A stretch of 64,000 nucleotides of DNA from a virus. Under the pieces are notes generated by a model, which searched no databases, was not told the origin of the DNA, and was given only the letters and a program-made list of their open reading frames with translations. This document shows positions 46,079 to 57,200 of this stretch, in pieces. Location: the IMG/VR virus record IMGVR_UViG_3300023184_000086, positions 1-64,000 of that record; one strand, 5' to 3'. Position numbers and translations under genes: made by a program. Position 1 is the first letter of the stretch; every line of letters starts with the position of its first letter.

Positions 46079-48211
46079 TTATATTGTTATTGTGGTTGTA
46101 ATATTGCTATAACCATTAGTGATCACAGTTCCATATGCTACTGTACTAGTCGAATTACTAGTAACTACAGTTAGCGAATTAAAATAGTTTGTACTTCCAC
46201 TACTTGTTGTTAATTTTAGAGAATTTCCTACTACAGACAGATTAATAGTTGCAGTCATTCTGCTACCGGTTAAATCGTATGCATCAACTAAGAAAGATGT
46301 AGGAATTGCGGTACCAGCATAATTGTATGAACTTGCTGTTGATACTACAGAAACAGTTGCCGGTACCCCGGACAATAGATGCAATCTACCATAACCTGTA
46401 AATCCAGCATCGTGTGCCCATACTCTACCTAAATTATCTCTACCTACAGCATTGTATTGATATGGGAATGTTGCTGTATTAGTCCAACCAGTGGATGTAT
46501 TAAAAGTATATATATATGTTGCGCTATGACAAATTACTGATAATAATGTACGATCATCAGTTAGCCAACATATATTTTTAGGTGTCTGAGGAATAATAAG
46601 ATTGCTATGGAAAAATAATTGTCTATAACTGGACGTATTAATAGTATACGTCATAAACGTTCTTTGTTTTTCGTTTGAATCAGCAACACCACCAGCACCA
46701 TGCAATTGCATAAATGTTAGATATCTTTTATTATCACTACCTACGAATGTTTCATTATACCAAGCACGTTGCATTCCATATTGAGTATCAACTGATGTAG
46801 CACTATAGGTATCATGTAACCAATAAGTTGCAAGATTTGTAGTAGTATTTGTTGCAGTATAATACATTCCTATGTCTGTATAACGTGCAATAAAATCTCT
46901 AGTTTTATCCCAATTAAAATACATAGGGTGATATCTACCAGCCGCATCAACGTATGGAACATAGAATCCCACTGAATTGGTAACTGTGGTACTGATAGTA
47001 TCTGTAAATAGTTTACTGGCAAACTTCGGAATATACCCACCATAGTTTGTTGTTCTATCACCTGTTATAATTGTACTTGTAGTAAATGACAATACTGTAG
47101 TACCAGTGATTATTCCAGTTCCGGACAATGTTTGTCCCACAGCAATTAATCCAGAGGAAGTACTAGTAACGGTAAGAAAGTTACCATTAATAAAACCAGT
47201 CACACTGGCTGCACCTACACCTGTACCGGTAATTGTTGTGCTAGCCACAGATCCTTGGTATCTACTAACTACATAAGTACCAATACCACCTGTACCTGAC
47301 GGATATGGTTGAGTAGTATAACTGTTTAATGTTGAGTATGTATTATTACTGTCATTATATTTGTAAAAGTAATGATAGTAATCATACTGTACAGAAGTAT
47401 TCAATTGTAGGGTAAAGTTATCTAATACACTGGGCCCCATGAATTGCCCAGTATAATTTCTATTAACACCTACTGCTTGTCTTGAATAACTAGCGGCAAA
47501 AATAGGAGTTGTTGCGGCACCGAGAATGGCAGTCGGAGTCCAAGCATAGTTAGAAGTATATTGGTTATTGTCACCCCAGTAGTCATGTGCAATCCATACT
47601 AGGTTATTAGTTGCCGGATTTCTATATATAGGATATCCGCCGCACCCAGTACCACCTGCAACGGTTGATCCAAAATTACCACCACTACTGGCAATCCAAG
47701 TTAGATATCCAGAATTTGCTAGATCAGATGGGGTAGTATTTAATTTTGCCCAAGTTACTGGGTAGCAATTGTTATATATAGTTTGAGTACCTGGAGTTGG
47801 ATCTATGTAATTATAATTTGCCACTACAAGATTGTTAGTACCATCTGTGAAATACTTCATCGGTGTTGGTTTATAATTTGTATCCATAGATACAAATGGT
47901 GCAAAATCTAAATTGTTTTGATGGTTATTAACTGTATTGAATAAAGAGTGACGTACATGAGTTGTTTCACCTGCAAGCATTAATATCCCACTCATTCTAT
48001 AAGAAGTTATTAGGGGATTAGAATAGCCAAAACCATTACTGGTACTTATAGTACCATTAGTAGAAAGAACAAGTCCTCCATTAAATATAGGATTCAATGT
48101 AGTTTTACTATATTGATCATGCTGTATATATATGTAATCCGATCCAGGCTGCGGATCTTCAAACATAGATGCTACATTTACTGGATTCCTAATAGTTTTA
48201 ATTATAGCCAT
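46079..48211 (-). CDS. Beta-rich virion protein, paralogue 2
   Basis: As paralogue 1; TAAATA motif upstream. Confidence 0.8.
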   Translation of the reverse strand: MAIIKTIRNPVNVASMFEDPQPGSDYIYIQHDQYSKTTLNPIFNGGLVLSTNGTISTSNGFGYSNPLITSYRMSGILMLAGETTHVRHSLFNTVNNHQNNLDFAPFVSMDTNYKPTPMKYFTDGTNNLVVANYNYIDPTPGTQTIYNNCYPVTWAKLNTTPSDLANSGYLTWIASSGGNFGSTVAGGTGCGGYPIYRNPATNNLVWIAHDYWGDNNQYTSNYAWTPTAILGAATTPIFAASYSRQAVGVNRNYTGQFMGPSVLDNFTLQLNTSVQYDYYHYFYKYNDSNNTYSTLNSYTTQPYPSGTGGIGTYVVSRYQGSVASTTITGTGVGAASVTGFINGNFLTVTSTSSGLIAVGQTLSGTGIITGTTVLSFTTSTIITGDRTTNYGGYIPKFASKLFTDTISTTVTNSVGFYVPYVDAAGRYHPMYFNWDKTRDFIARYTDIGMYYTATNTTTNLATYWLHDTYSATSVDTQYGMQRAWYNETFVGSDNKRYLTFMQLHGAGGVADSNEKQRTFMTYTINTSSYRQLFFHSNLIIPQTPKNICWLTDDRTLLSVICHSATYIYTFNTSTGWTNTATFPYQYNAVGRDNLGRVWAHDAGFTGYGRLHLLSGVPATVSVVSTASSYNYAGTAIPTSFLVDAYDLTGSRMTATINLSVVGNSLKLTTSSGSTNYFNSLTVVTSNSTSTVAYGTVITNGYSNITTTITI

Positions 48212-48236
48212 TTATTTTATCTCTTTTCCATATTTA

Positions 48237-50264
48237 TCATAGAGCAATAGTGGTTGATATGCTACTCGGACCAGCAGCAATAATAGCAGCATTAATTATT
48301 GTACTTGTACTAGCACTTGTGGAAGTGGTGTACGAAGTATACTGATTATTTGCTCCATCTAATATTCTTAAAGAATTTCCAGTTACAGTTAAAGTAACCG
48401 ATACCGCTATTCTAGCACTTAACGAATTGAATGCATCTAATGTAAATGTAAATAATTGATTAGTTCCAGTGTAGTTAAACATTTGTTGACTTGGAACCAA
48501 CGATATAGTAGCAGGTATTGAGGTTGCATCACTTAAAATTACATGTGCTCTACCACCACCTAGCGGGCCAGAGTCCATACCCCATACTCTACCTAAACTA
48601 TCTCTACCTACAGCACTAAACGCATATGGTTCAGTTTTAACCAAAGTCCAACCGGCTGCTGTGAAACTATAAATCCAGAACGCTGTGTGACCAAATACAC
48701 CAACAGATGTTCTAGTGTCATTTAACCAAACTATATTTTTAGGAGTAGCAGGAATTACAACACTACTATGATATGTCAATGTTTTATAAGTTGATGTATC
48801 AACCACATAGGTCATAAACGTTCTTTGTTTATCACTTGCATCCAGGACTGTACCAGCACCATGCAACTGCATGAATGTTAGGTATCTAACATTGTTATAT
48901 ATAAATGATTCATTATACCAAGCACGTTGTGAACCATACGTTACATTCACTGAAGTACCGCTGGCAGTTTCAGGTGTCCAATATGTTAACATGTTAGATG
49001 CAGTATATAATACTCTAATATCTTGATTTCTAACAAAGTTATCAGTTATGGTATTCCATTGATAATAGAATGGTTGGAAAGTGCTATTTGTATCAAAGAA
49101 AGGAAGATAGAATCCACGGGTTGTTGAAGTAGATAAATCAACAAATGTCGAACTAGCATATTTTGGTAGATATGCATTAGTTCTAATACCACCCGCATTA
49201 GTAGTAACATTAGTACCTGTAGAAACTATAGTAGTACCTGTAATTATACCAGTACCTGATATAGTTTGACCAACAGCTATGAATCCAGAGGTAACGCCTG
49301 TAACGCTAAGTGTTCTTCCAACTACATATCCAGTTACGCTGGCTGCGGGGCTTGTACCTGTAACTGTAATACTACCTGTAAGGGTTTGATGATAAGTGCT
49401 TATTTGATAAACACCGATACCGTTTGTACTAGTTGTTTGTATCGGAAGGTTATATGTATTAAGAGTAACAGCAGTATTAGCACTGTCATTATATCTATAA
49501 AATGTTTGAGTGTAATCATTGTTAACATCATTAACTAATGTAAGACCCAATCCACCAACTCCGACACCGACAAATTGGCAGGATGCGTTGGTTACAGCAG
49601 TAACCCCATTAACAGTTGGAGTGGAAACAGTGAAGGCATTGTTTATATTATATCCAGCATATGCACCGGGATGATATGCACTAGCATTATAATTCCCCAC
49701 ACATACTATATTATTAGTTGTTGGATTTCTATATACAGGAAATGCTGTATTACTAGTGGAAGACGGATTTGCATTATATGTAGGATTTCCAACGTTTAAA
49801 TTGAATGCGGTATTTTGTCTACGTAGCCAGACTGTATAATTATTTCCACCCGCAGTACCTTGAACATTTTGAAACGCCTGTACTAAATTATTAGTTCCAT
49901 TGGTATAATATTGTATGGGTTTTATCTTATTGGTAAGATCCATTGATGCCCAGGGCGAATGATCTAAATTATTTCTATAATCATTAACTGCCACACTTAA
50001 ATGTTTACAGTGAGTAACTTCGCCATTGAGTACCAGTGCGCCTTGCCAGTACCAACCATCTGTATTTTGTTGAAAGTTTGAAGTACCCCAGGTGCTATAC
50101 CCGGTACCTGCTACATTATATGATATGGTAGTATTGAAAATAGCACCTAATGTGCTTGATTTATAGCCCTCATTTTGAAAAAATATAAGATCAGCACCGG
50201 GAGTAGGATCCTCTATCACAGTAGGAAGGTTTGCTGAGTAATAATTTGTTCTTAAAATTGTCAT
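48237..50264 (-). CDS. Beta-rich virion protein, paralogue 3
   Basis: As paralogue 1; TATAAATA upstream. Confidence 0.8.
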   Translation of the reverse strand: MTILRTNYYSANLPTVIEDPTPGADLIFFQNEGYKSSTLGAIFNTTISYNVAGTGYSTWGTSNFQQNTDGWYWQGALVLNGEVTHCKHLSVAVNDYRNNLDHSPWASMDLTNKIKPIQYYTNGTNNLVQAFQNVQGTAGGNNYTVWLRRQNTAFNLNVGNPTYNANPSSTSNTAFPVYRNPTTNNIVCVGNYNASAYHPGAYAGYNINNAFTVSTPTVNGVTAVTNASCQFVGVGVGGLGLTLVNDVNNDYTQTFYRYNDSANTAVTLNTYNLPIQTTSTNGIGVYQISTYHQTLTGSITVTGTSPAASVTGYVVGRTLSVTGVTSGFIAVGQTISGTGIITGTTIVSTGTNVTTNAGGIRTNAYLPKYASSTFVDLSTSTTRGFYLPFFDTNSTFQPFYYQWNTITDNFVRNQDIRVLYTASNMLTYWTPETASGTSVNVTYGSQRAWYNESFIYNNVRYLTFMQLHGAGTVLDASDKQRTFMTYVVDTSTYKTLTYHSSVVIPATPKNIVWLNDTRTSVGVFGHTAFWIYSFTAAGWTLVKTEPYAFSAVGRDSLGRVWGMDSGPLGGGRAHVILSDATSIPATISLVPSQQMFNYTGTNQLFTFTLDAFNSLSARIAVSVTLTVTGNSLRILDGANNQYTSYTTSTSASTSTIINAAIIAAGPSSISTTIAL

Positions 50265-50294
50265 TTTGGAAGTTCTTTTAAATATTTATACCAT

Positions 50295-51002
50295 TTATGC
50301 CGCTTGATATTTAAACTGTACATACAAATTAGTTGCTGTAGTAGTCTGCGGAAGAATGGGAGTAACATCTACCGTAAGATAATCATCCTCAACCATGTAT
50401 AACGGTGTTGTATAAGTTGTTCCACTAGTTGCTGCACCATTAATTGTTATATTAATAGTAGCTGTAGAGTTGCGATTTATAGTAATAAGATTAGCGTTAC
50501 TACCTGCAGTTCCAACTTTGGTTTTAATAGAAGTAATATTTAAATTATAAGGTGCATACCAACGCTGTGTTCCCTGTGTAACACTTAAAAATCCAGATTG
50601 GTACATGGTTATTGAACCAGATGCCGATCCAGCAGCAGTAGCAACTGCAACACCATTTTGATAAATGGTACCTGCTACATATAAATTTTTACCAATTCCA
50701 GCCCCACCTGCAACTACCAATGCACCTGTATTACTCGAAGTTGAACTGGCAGTATTTGTAATACTAATAGTACCTGCAACAGTGCCGCCATTAAATGTTG
50801 TACCGCTAGTTAATACAGGTAAACCACCGCTATAAATGGTATTACCATAGATAGTACCACCAACATATAAATCTTTGCCTACCCCTGCACCACCTGCTAC
50901 AATTAATGCACCTGTACTAGTAGAATTACTAGCCGTGGTTGTTGTGATCGTTATCTGACCCGCAACATTATCAATAAAGGATAATTGACTGGCTTGACTC
51001 AT
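50295..51002 (-). CDS. Short tail-fibre-like protein
   Basis: Two TGAL(I/V)VAGGAG(V/I)GK.LYV repeats and a C-terminal beta-sandwich. Confidence 0.78.
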   Translation of the reverse strand: MSQASQLSFIDNVAGQITITTTTASNSTSTGALIVAGGAGVGKDLYVGGTIYGNTIYSGGLPVLTSGTTFNGGTVAGTISITNTASSTSSNTGALVVAGGAGIGKNLYVAGTIYQNGVAVATAAGSASGSITMYQSGFLSVTQGTQRWYAPYNLNITSIKTKVGTAGSNANLITINRNSTATINITINGAATSGTTYTTPLYMVEDDYLTVDVTPILPQTTTATNLYVQFKYQAA

Positions 51003-54000
51003 TATGCTTGTGCCTCACCCCAACGTAAAACTAAGTTAGTTTGTATACTTGGACCAGAGGTTAAGTAAACATTAATAAACAATGTGTCTGGTCCGTTTGG
51101 ATATGTACCTCTACCACCTAATGGTGTATTAGTTAATTCTTTCAATGATGTTAATTCTAATGTATCTTTATTAGCAGGACTGGATATGAATGAGAAAATT
51201 GTTTCTCCGGGAACTGCCCAATTATTTCGATAGAATGTTATTGGCGTGTTATTTTGTAAAGTACTCAGCAATGGTTGTGTTAATAAAATCGTATTATTAC
51301 CGATAGCCTGTACTAGGGTATTTCCTTGAATACCTGTACCACCTGGTGTTGAATTTGTAGTAACAATTGCATCACCTATAGCAATACTAGCCGTACTTGC
51401 TACAGATATTGTATATGTACCAGTTGACATAGTTTGACTTAATTGTGTACCTGTAGTAAAACTTCCATCAAAGTTAATATAATTACTAGGAGCAATTTGT
51501 GCAAAACTAGGTTGTCCTGAACCAATTTGACTACCACCCGCTACTCCACCTTGTAATGAGTACCATGTAATATTAGTTACTGTGTTAGGAAAATTACTCG
51601 GATTTAAAACCCCTTCAATAACAATAGCCTGACTACCTGCGGCAACACCCGCTGTATTTTCAATTGTCTGTAACAACAATTGGCTTCGATTAATTAAATC
51701 TCTTACTCCTAAATCACCTACAGTAGCATTACTTACGCTAGGTGCTAGTCTAATTGCAAAGGCCGCTTTCTTTACAGTACTTACGGTGATGTTAGGCGAC
51801 TGATAGTTAAAAATATATCCACGATCTTGATCAAATCCGCCATCTGTTAAGAATGCACTTCCCCAATGACTAATAGTCGGACTAGCAGTTTGACTAACTA
51901 ATATTACTCCAGTTCCGGCAGTATGTGATGCTGCGGTACCTGCTGTGAAATTTTGTGTACTACCATTTACCCACGGTGTTAATGCTGCTGCTCTAGTTAA
52001 TCCATTTAATGTGTTAGTAGCGGTAGTTTTACTTGTGTAACTAATTAATTCATTGTCAACATAGACTGTTCCCGAAGCAGGAAAATATGTAACATTAGTC
52101 AATGTCATTGCAGTAGTCACATTGTTAATTGCTACTGACAGCATATCACGGGCACCTTCATTGATAACTTCATAACGAACAGGTTGATTACCAGTACGCA
52201 TATATGCTTCTTTATTAATATTACTATTTTTTATACGATGGACGGTCATGTAATTACCATCTGGGCCACGTAACATCCAATCAATAAATCCAGCACCGTA
52301 CCATGTCCACTGTAATCCGATCATTTGCAATGAATAGGGTAATAAATTATATCCGCTGGGATTAAATGCGTTATTGGTGCCATCGCAACGATCCATATTC
52401 CATTGACTCTGTGGAACTAAAATATCAGTAACTTTAACCATTTTAGCGTTAGTACTAGTAGTACTACCTCGATAATCTGGATTTACATACATATATGTTG
52501 CGCTAGTGATAGCAGATACTGTATGAGTCATGCCTTTAATAACCACGCGGTCGCCTGCAACTAATTGGTTAGTAAATTGTGTATTATATCCAGTGATCAA
52601 ATTTGAATCAGGCGTAGCAGTCACTGTTCCCGTTAATTGTAATGTACTAGTTCTTAGTCCAATAGCCATTTGCATACCATCATATTGCCAATATATTCCA
52701 TTCTGTTCATCAAATGTACCTGCTCTAACTGTAGATCCATGCCATGTTGTATGAGACAAATATGTGTTAACACCAAACACTGCGGTTGTTGTACTAAGAA
52801 CAGAAGTAGCGGTAACAGTAATAGAACGTTCATCTACTATACTTGCTACTGTATATATACCGTTATATCCGGTGCTAGTAATATTATTTAAAATAACACC
52901 AGACCCTGCTTGCAATCCATGATCTAAATCATCGACTGTAACAGTGATGGTACTACCTGTAGTAAGTCCTGTTGAAATAATACTTCTAATATTATAATTA
53001 GGAGCAAAAAGAGCAGCAGTATTATAGTTAATGGCTTTGCCTGATTGATAACGTATATATTTTTTACTCATACGTGCTGCTTGACTACCGTGATTAGGAC
53101 CGCCTGCACCTAAACTCACCCCGCCGTCAAATGGTCTATGTGTATAGAAACTATCTGCTCTTGAATATAAAACACCTGTTGGAGTGCCGGTAAATGCACC
53201 TACGTTTCTTGCTTTATATGTTAATGTAGTCGGACTAGGTACTGATTGTACATAAAATGGTCCTTGAGCAAGTGTATGATTATTACTACCATTATCACTA
53301 TTAATCACTGCAAGTATACCCGACCCCGGTGTTAATCCGTGATTGTTAACAAATGTTACTGTAATAGTGGCTGTGGTACTGGAGCCGCCAGTTCCGTTAT
53401 CACTAAATGTTGTTGAGCCAATAGCAGAACCGGTATAGAATCCACCTCGACGTACAATAGTATACGCAGTTAAAATACTAGAACCCACTGTTGTTGATAC
53501 CTGTGCTCTAGCATAATATGTAAATGTATAAGTATTAATTATAGAATTTACAATAAATGAACCCTGAGCACGATCTGCTCCTGATATAGTTGCATCTAAA
53601 TTTTGTATAGTTATTGCTGTTCCTGTGCTTAATTGATGTGGAACTGAAGAAGTTACTGTGATTAGACTTTCAACATTTGGATTAGAGCCACCACCACTAG
53701 CATTTGTAGTTATAGATAATATGGTTAAATCAGTACCTGGAATTTCATAAATGCCCGGATAACCACGCACAGTACTAATGGTTTGCCATTTTGTGGGTTG
53801 TAGTCCATATTCAAAGTCAGCATCCAACATACTTTGTGGGCTAGCGGTACGTGTACGTTCAAACGCATCTGTGCCCATAGCCCACGGTCTTGTAATAGTT
53901 TCAGCACGTTCGACAAATATTTGTAGAGAATCACCACTACTATAACCAGTAGTGTTTATTGCTAGATTAATTGTAGTAGTTCCATCACTACCTTGTAATG

Positions 54001-54208
54001 CTTGTGGAAAATTAGTGCTATTGGCACGATTAAATGTTACACTAGTTCCAATAAAAGCAGCATCTGCAAAATTATATAAAAAAGTATTTCGTGTGACATT
54101 AGTGATCAAAGTGATCTGTTCCAGGGCCCATCTGCCCATTATTTCCACAGTTCCACTTCCGGCAATGCCTGGAGTGAATACATATGATCTTATCAATTGT
54201 TTTGACAT
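51002..54208 (-). CDS. Large virion structural protein (baseplate/fibre type)
   Basis: ITLITNVTRN..LYNFAD, DADFEYGLQPTKW, RYQSGK, WYGAG, SHWGS; repeated H.L..G..I beta modules. Confidence 0.75.
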   Translation of the reverse strand: MSKQLIRSYVFTPGIAGSGTVEIMGRWALEQITLITNVTRNTFLYNFADAAFIGTSVTFNRANSTNFPQALQGSDGTTTINLAINTTGYSSGDSLQIFVERAETITRPWAMGTDAFERTRTASPQSMLDADFEYGLQPTKWQTISTVRGYPGIYEIPGTDLTILSITTNASGGGSNPNVESLITVTSSVPHQLSTGTAITIQNLDATISGADRAQGSFIVNSIINTYTFTYYARAQVSTTVGSSILTAYTIVRRGGFYTGSAIGSTTFSDNGTGGSSTTATITVTFVNNHGLTPGSGILAVINSDNGSNNHTLAQGPFYVQSVPSPTTLTYKARNVGAFTGTPTGVLYSRADSFYTHRPFDGGVSLGAGGPNHGSQAARMSKKYIRYQSGKAINYNTAALFAPNYNIRSIISTGLTTGSTITVTVDDLDHGLQAGSGVILNNITSTGYNGIYTVASIVDERSITVTATSVLSTTTAVFGVNTYLSHTTWHGSTVRAGTFDEQNGIYWQYDGMQMAIGLRTSTLQLTGTVTATPDSNLITGYNTQFTNQLVAGDRVVIKGMTHTVSAITSATYMYVNPDYRGSTTSTNAKMVKVTDILVPQSQWNMDRCDGTNNAFNPSGYNLLPYSLQMIGLQWTWYGAGFIDWMLRGPDGNYMTVHRIKNSNINKEAYMRTGNQPVRYEVINEGARDMLSVAINNVTTAMTLTNVTYFPASGTVYVDNELISYTSKTTATNTLNGLTRAAALTPWVNGSTQNFTAGTAASHTAGTGVILVSQTASPTISHWGSAFLTDGGFDQDRGYIFNYQSPNITVSTVKKAAFAIRLAPSVSNATVGDLGVRDLINRSQLLLQTIENTAGVAAGSQAIVIEGVLNPSNFPNTVTNITWYSLQGGVAGGSQIGSGQPSFAQIAPSNYINFDGSFTTGTQLSQTMSTGTYTISVASTASIAIGDAIVTTNSTPGGTGIQGNTLVQAIGNNTILLTQPLLSTLQNNTPITFYRNNWAVPGETIFSFISSPANKDTLELTSLKELTNTPLGGRGTYPNGPDTLFINVYLTSGPSIQTNLVLRWGEAQA

Positions 54209-54244
54209 TTTATTAGTTGTCCTCGGTTACTACTTAATTATCCA

Positions 54245-57200
54245 TTATCCGCCCATTGCTACACTCATTGCGATACTAAATGCCTTAATATTGTTAACGC
54301 CCGTGCTACTAACCCCTGCAATAACCCTAATAATATCACCTGTAGTTCTACCTTGATACAGAACAATAGTAGTACCATTTGATGCTGTAAAATCTCCGTT
54401 ACCTAAAGCAACACCGTTAGCAAAAACTTGTACTGTTCCCACAGTATATGCGCTACTAGGAGTGAATATAGTTTGCCCGCTAGTAGCAGTAAATTCTTGT
54501 ATAGTAGTTGGTATTACTTGTGAACCATTACTTACATATAAATTATTACCTATATATACAGAACCGCCAATTCCAACTCCACCTTGTACTATCAATGCAC
54601 CTGTAGTGGTTGATCCCCCAGTTGTAGTATTTAATACACTAAACGGAGTGGTTGTAGCAGTACTATATGATCCAGTATATCCTGTAGCAGTACTAGCAGA
54701 TCCAGTATAACCTACTGATCCCCAATACCCCGATTCCCCTTGTGTACCAGTTGAACCTGTAAATCCTATTACACCTTGTGTACCAGTTGAACCAGTATAA
54801 CCACTGATACCTTGTGTACCTGTTGAACCTGTGTAGCCTACAGAACCCCAATATCCTTGTGAACCAGCATAACCGGCAGTATAAGTAGCAGGTCCAGCAA
54901 ATGTCCATTCATTTACTCCAATTTTTATCAAAGTACCGATACTATACTGATTTGTTAATATAGGACTATCGCTACTATGTAATGTAACACCTGAAACTGG
55001 ACTAACAATTACAGGACCTGTATTACCCTGTGTTAAATCAATACGTTGACCAACATTAAAATTAACACTACTATCCAAAGGAATAGCAACAGTGGTACCA
55101 ACTGAGTTAATAAAATTAATTAAATAACCAGCATCTGTTAATACCAAGGTATATGCGGTACCTGTTTGCGTACTAATAACCTGCGTGGCTTCAAAACCAC
55201 CTCTACTGCCAGTATAACCAATTGTACCAGTTGACCCTGTATAGCCAGCACTACCTTGGTATCCAGCAGCAGTAGCCGAAGGTCCGGCAAAGGTCCATTC
55301 ATTTGCTCCGATTTTTATCAAAGTACCGATACTATACTGATTTGTTAATATAGGACTATCGGTACTATGTAATGTAACACCGGCACCTGGACTAACAACT
55401 ACGGGACCTACATTGTATTGTTCTAAATCAATACGTTGACCAATATTAAAGTTAACACTACTATCAGCCGGTACTGTAACCGTAGTTCCTGCTGCATTAG
55501 AAAAGTTAATTAATACACCTGCATCTGCTAATGCTAGGGTATATGAGGTACCTGTCTGTGTACTAATAACTTGTGTGGCGTCAAAACCACCTCTACTTCC
55601 ACTATAACCCAACGTACCAGTTGACCCTGTATAGCCAACACTACCTTGATATCCTGCTGCACTAGTTGCAGGGCCGGCAAATGTCCATTCATTTGCTCCA
55701 ATTTTTATCAAAGTACCGATACTATACTGATTTGTTAATATAGGACTATCGGTACTATGTAATGTAACACCGACACTTGGACTAACAACTACGGGTCCTA
55801 CATTGTATTGTTCTAGATCTACACGTTGACCAATATTAAAGTTAACACTACTATCGGCCGGTATTGTAACCGTAGTTCCTGCTGCGTTAGAAAAGTTAAT
55901 TAAATAACCAGCATCTGTTAATGCTAGGGTATATGAGGTACCTGTCTGTGTACTAATAACTTGTGTGGCATCAAAACCACCTCTGCTACCGGTATAACCT
56001 TGACTACCGGTATATCCAGATGCTGTACTTGCGGACCCGGTGTATCCAGTACCTGTTGAACCTGTATAACCTTGTGTACCGGTAGAACCTGTATAACCAG
56101 CACTACCTGTCCAACCTTGAATACCTTGAGTACCAGTTGAACCAGTAAAACCGGCACCGTCTGCACCTTTACTTCCTGTGTAACCAACAAATGGGCCAGA
56201 ATCTGTAAATCCTACAATGTTTCCAGCGGCTGTAGTAGTAGTATATGTCCAAAGATGTCCATTAAAGGTAACGATGATACCATCACCCTTTTTAGGGATA
56301 GGATCAATAGCATTAAATGCTCCCGAAGTTGCAGTACTAGTACTACCAACAAGATTAACACTTACGCCTTCTGGACCAGTATCGCCTTTACTACCAGTAT
56401 AACCAGTTGCTGTGCTAGCACTACCAGTATAACCTGCACTACCTGTCCATCCTTTATCACCTTGAATACCTTGTGTACCTGTACTACCTGTGTACCCTAG
56501 TCCTACACTTTGTCCATTGATAAAAACTGCGGTTGCGGTAAAAGTTCCGCCAACAAATAAATTGCCGCCAATTCCAACCCCACCTGCAACTTGTAAAGCA
56601 CCTGTGTTAGTTGAAGTTGCATTAACTTTACTAGTAATTGTAGCAGTATTACCAACTACTAAATTTCCACCGATTCCAACCCCACCGACTACTTGTAGGG
56701 CACCAGTTGTAGTTGAAGTTGCAGTAGTTTCTCCTGCAATTCTTAAAACACTAGTACCTGGATTATAAGTAAAGTTAGAACCAGCATCTGATATAATACC
56801 CAATTGCCCCGATGAAGTCGAAACAAAAGTTACATAATAATTAGCATTATTACTTGCAGTAGATACTACGACATTTGTAGAAGTAACAGCATAACTTGCA
56901 GTTGATGCTAATCCAGTAAATGTTCCAACAAATGTTGTAGCAGTTATAATCCCGCCAACAACTAAATTTCCACCAATACCAACACCACCTACTATTTGTA
57001 AAGCACCTGAATTAGTTGAAGTTGCATTTAAAGTATTAGTAATTAAAATTGTATTAGTAGTTGAATTTCCTCTATCAGTAATGCTTTGTAATGTACTGGT
57101 ATTCCAAATATAAATTTGTGTACCGGAATTAGCACTAACTGCTGTATCAGTACCTGCATAAATTGCAGTTTGATTTGCATATTGATTAACACTGGCAGTA

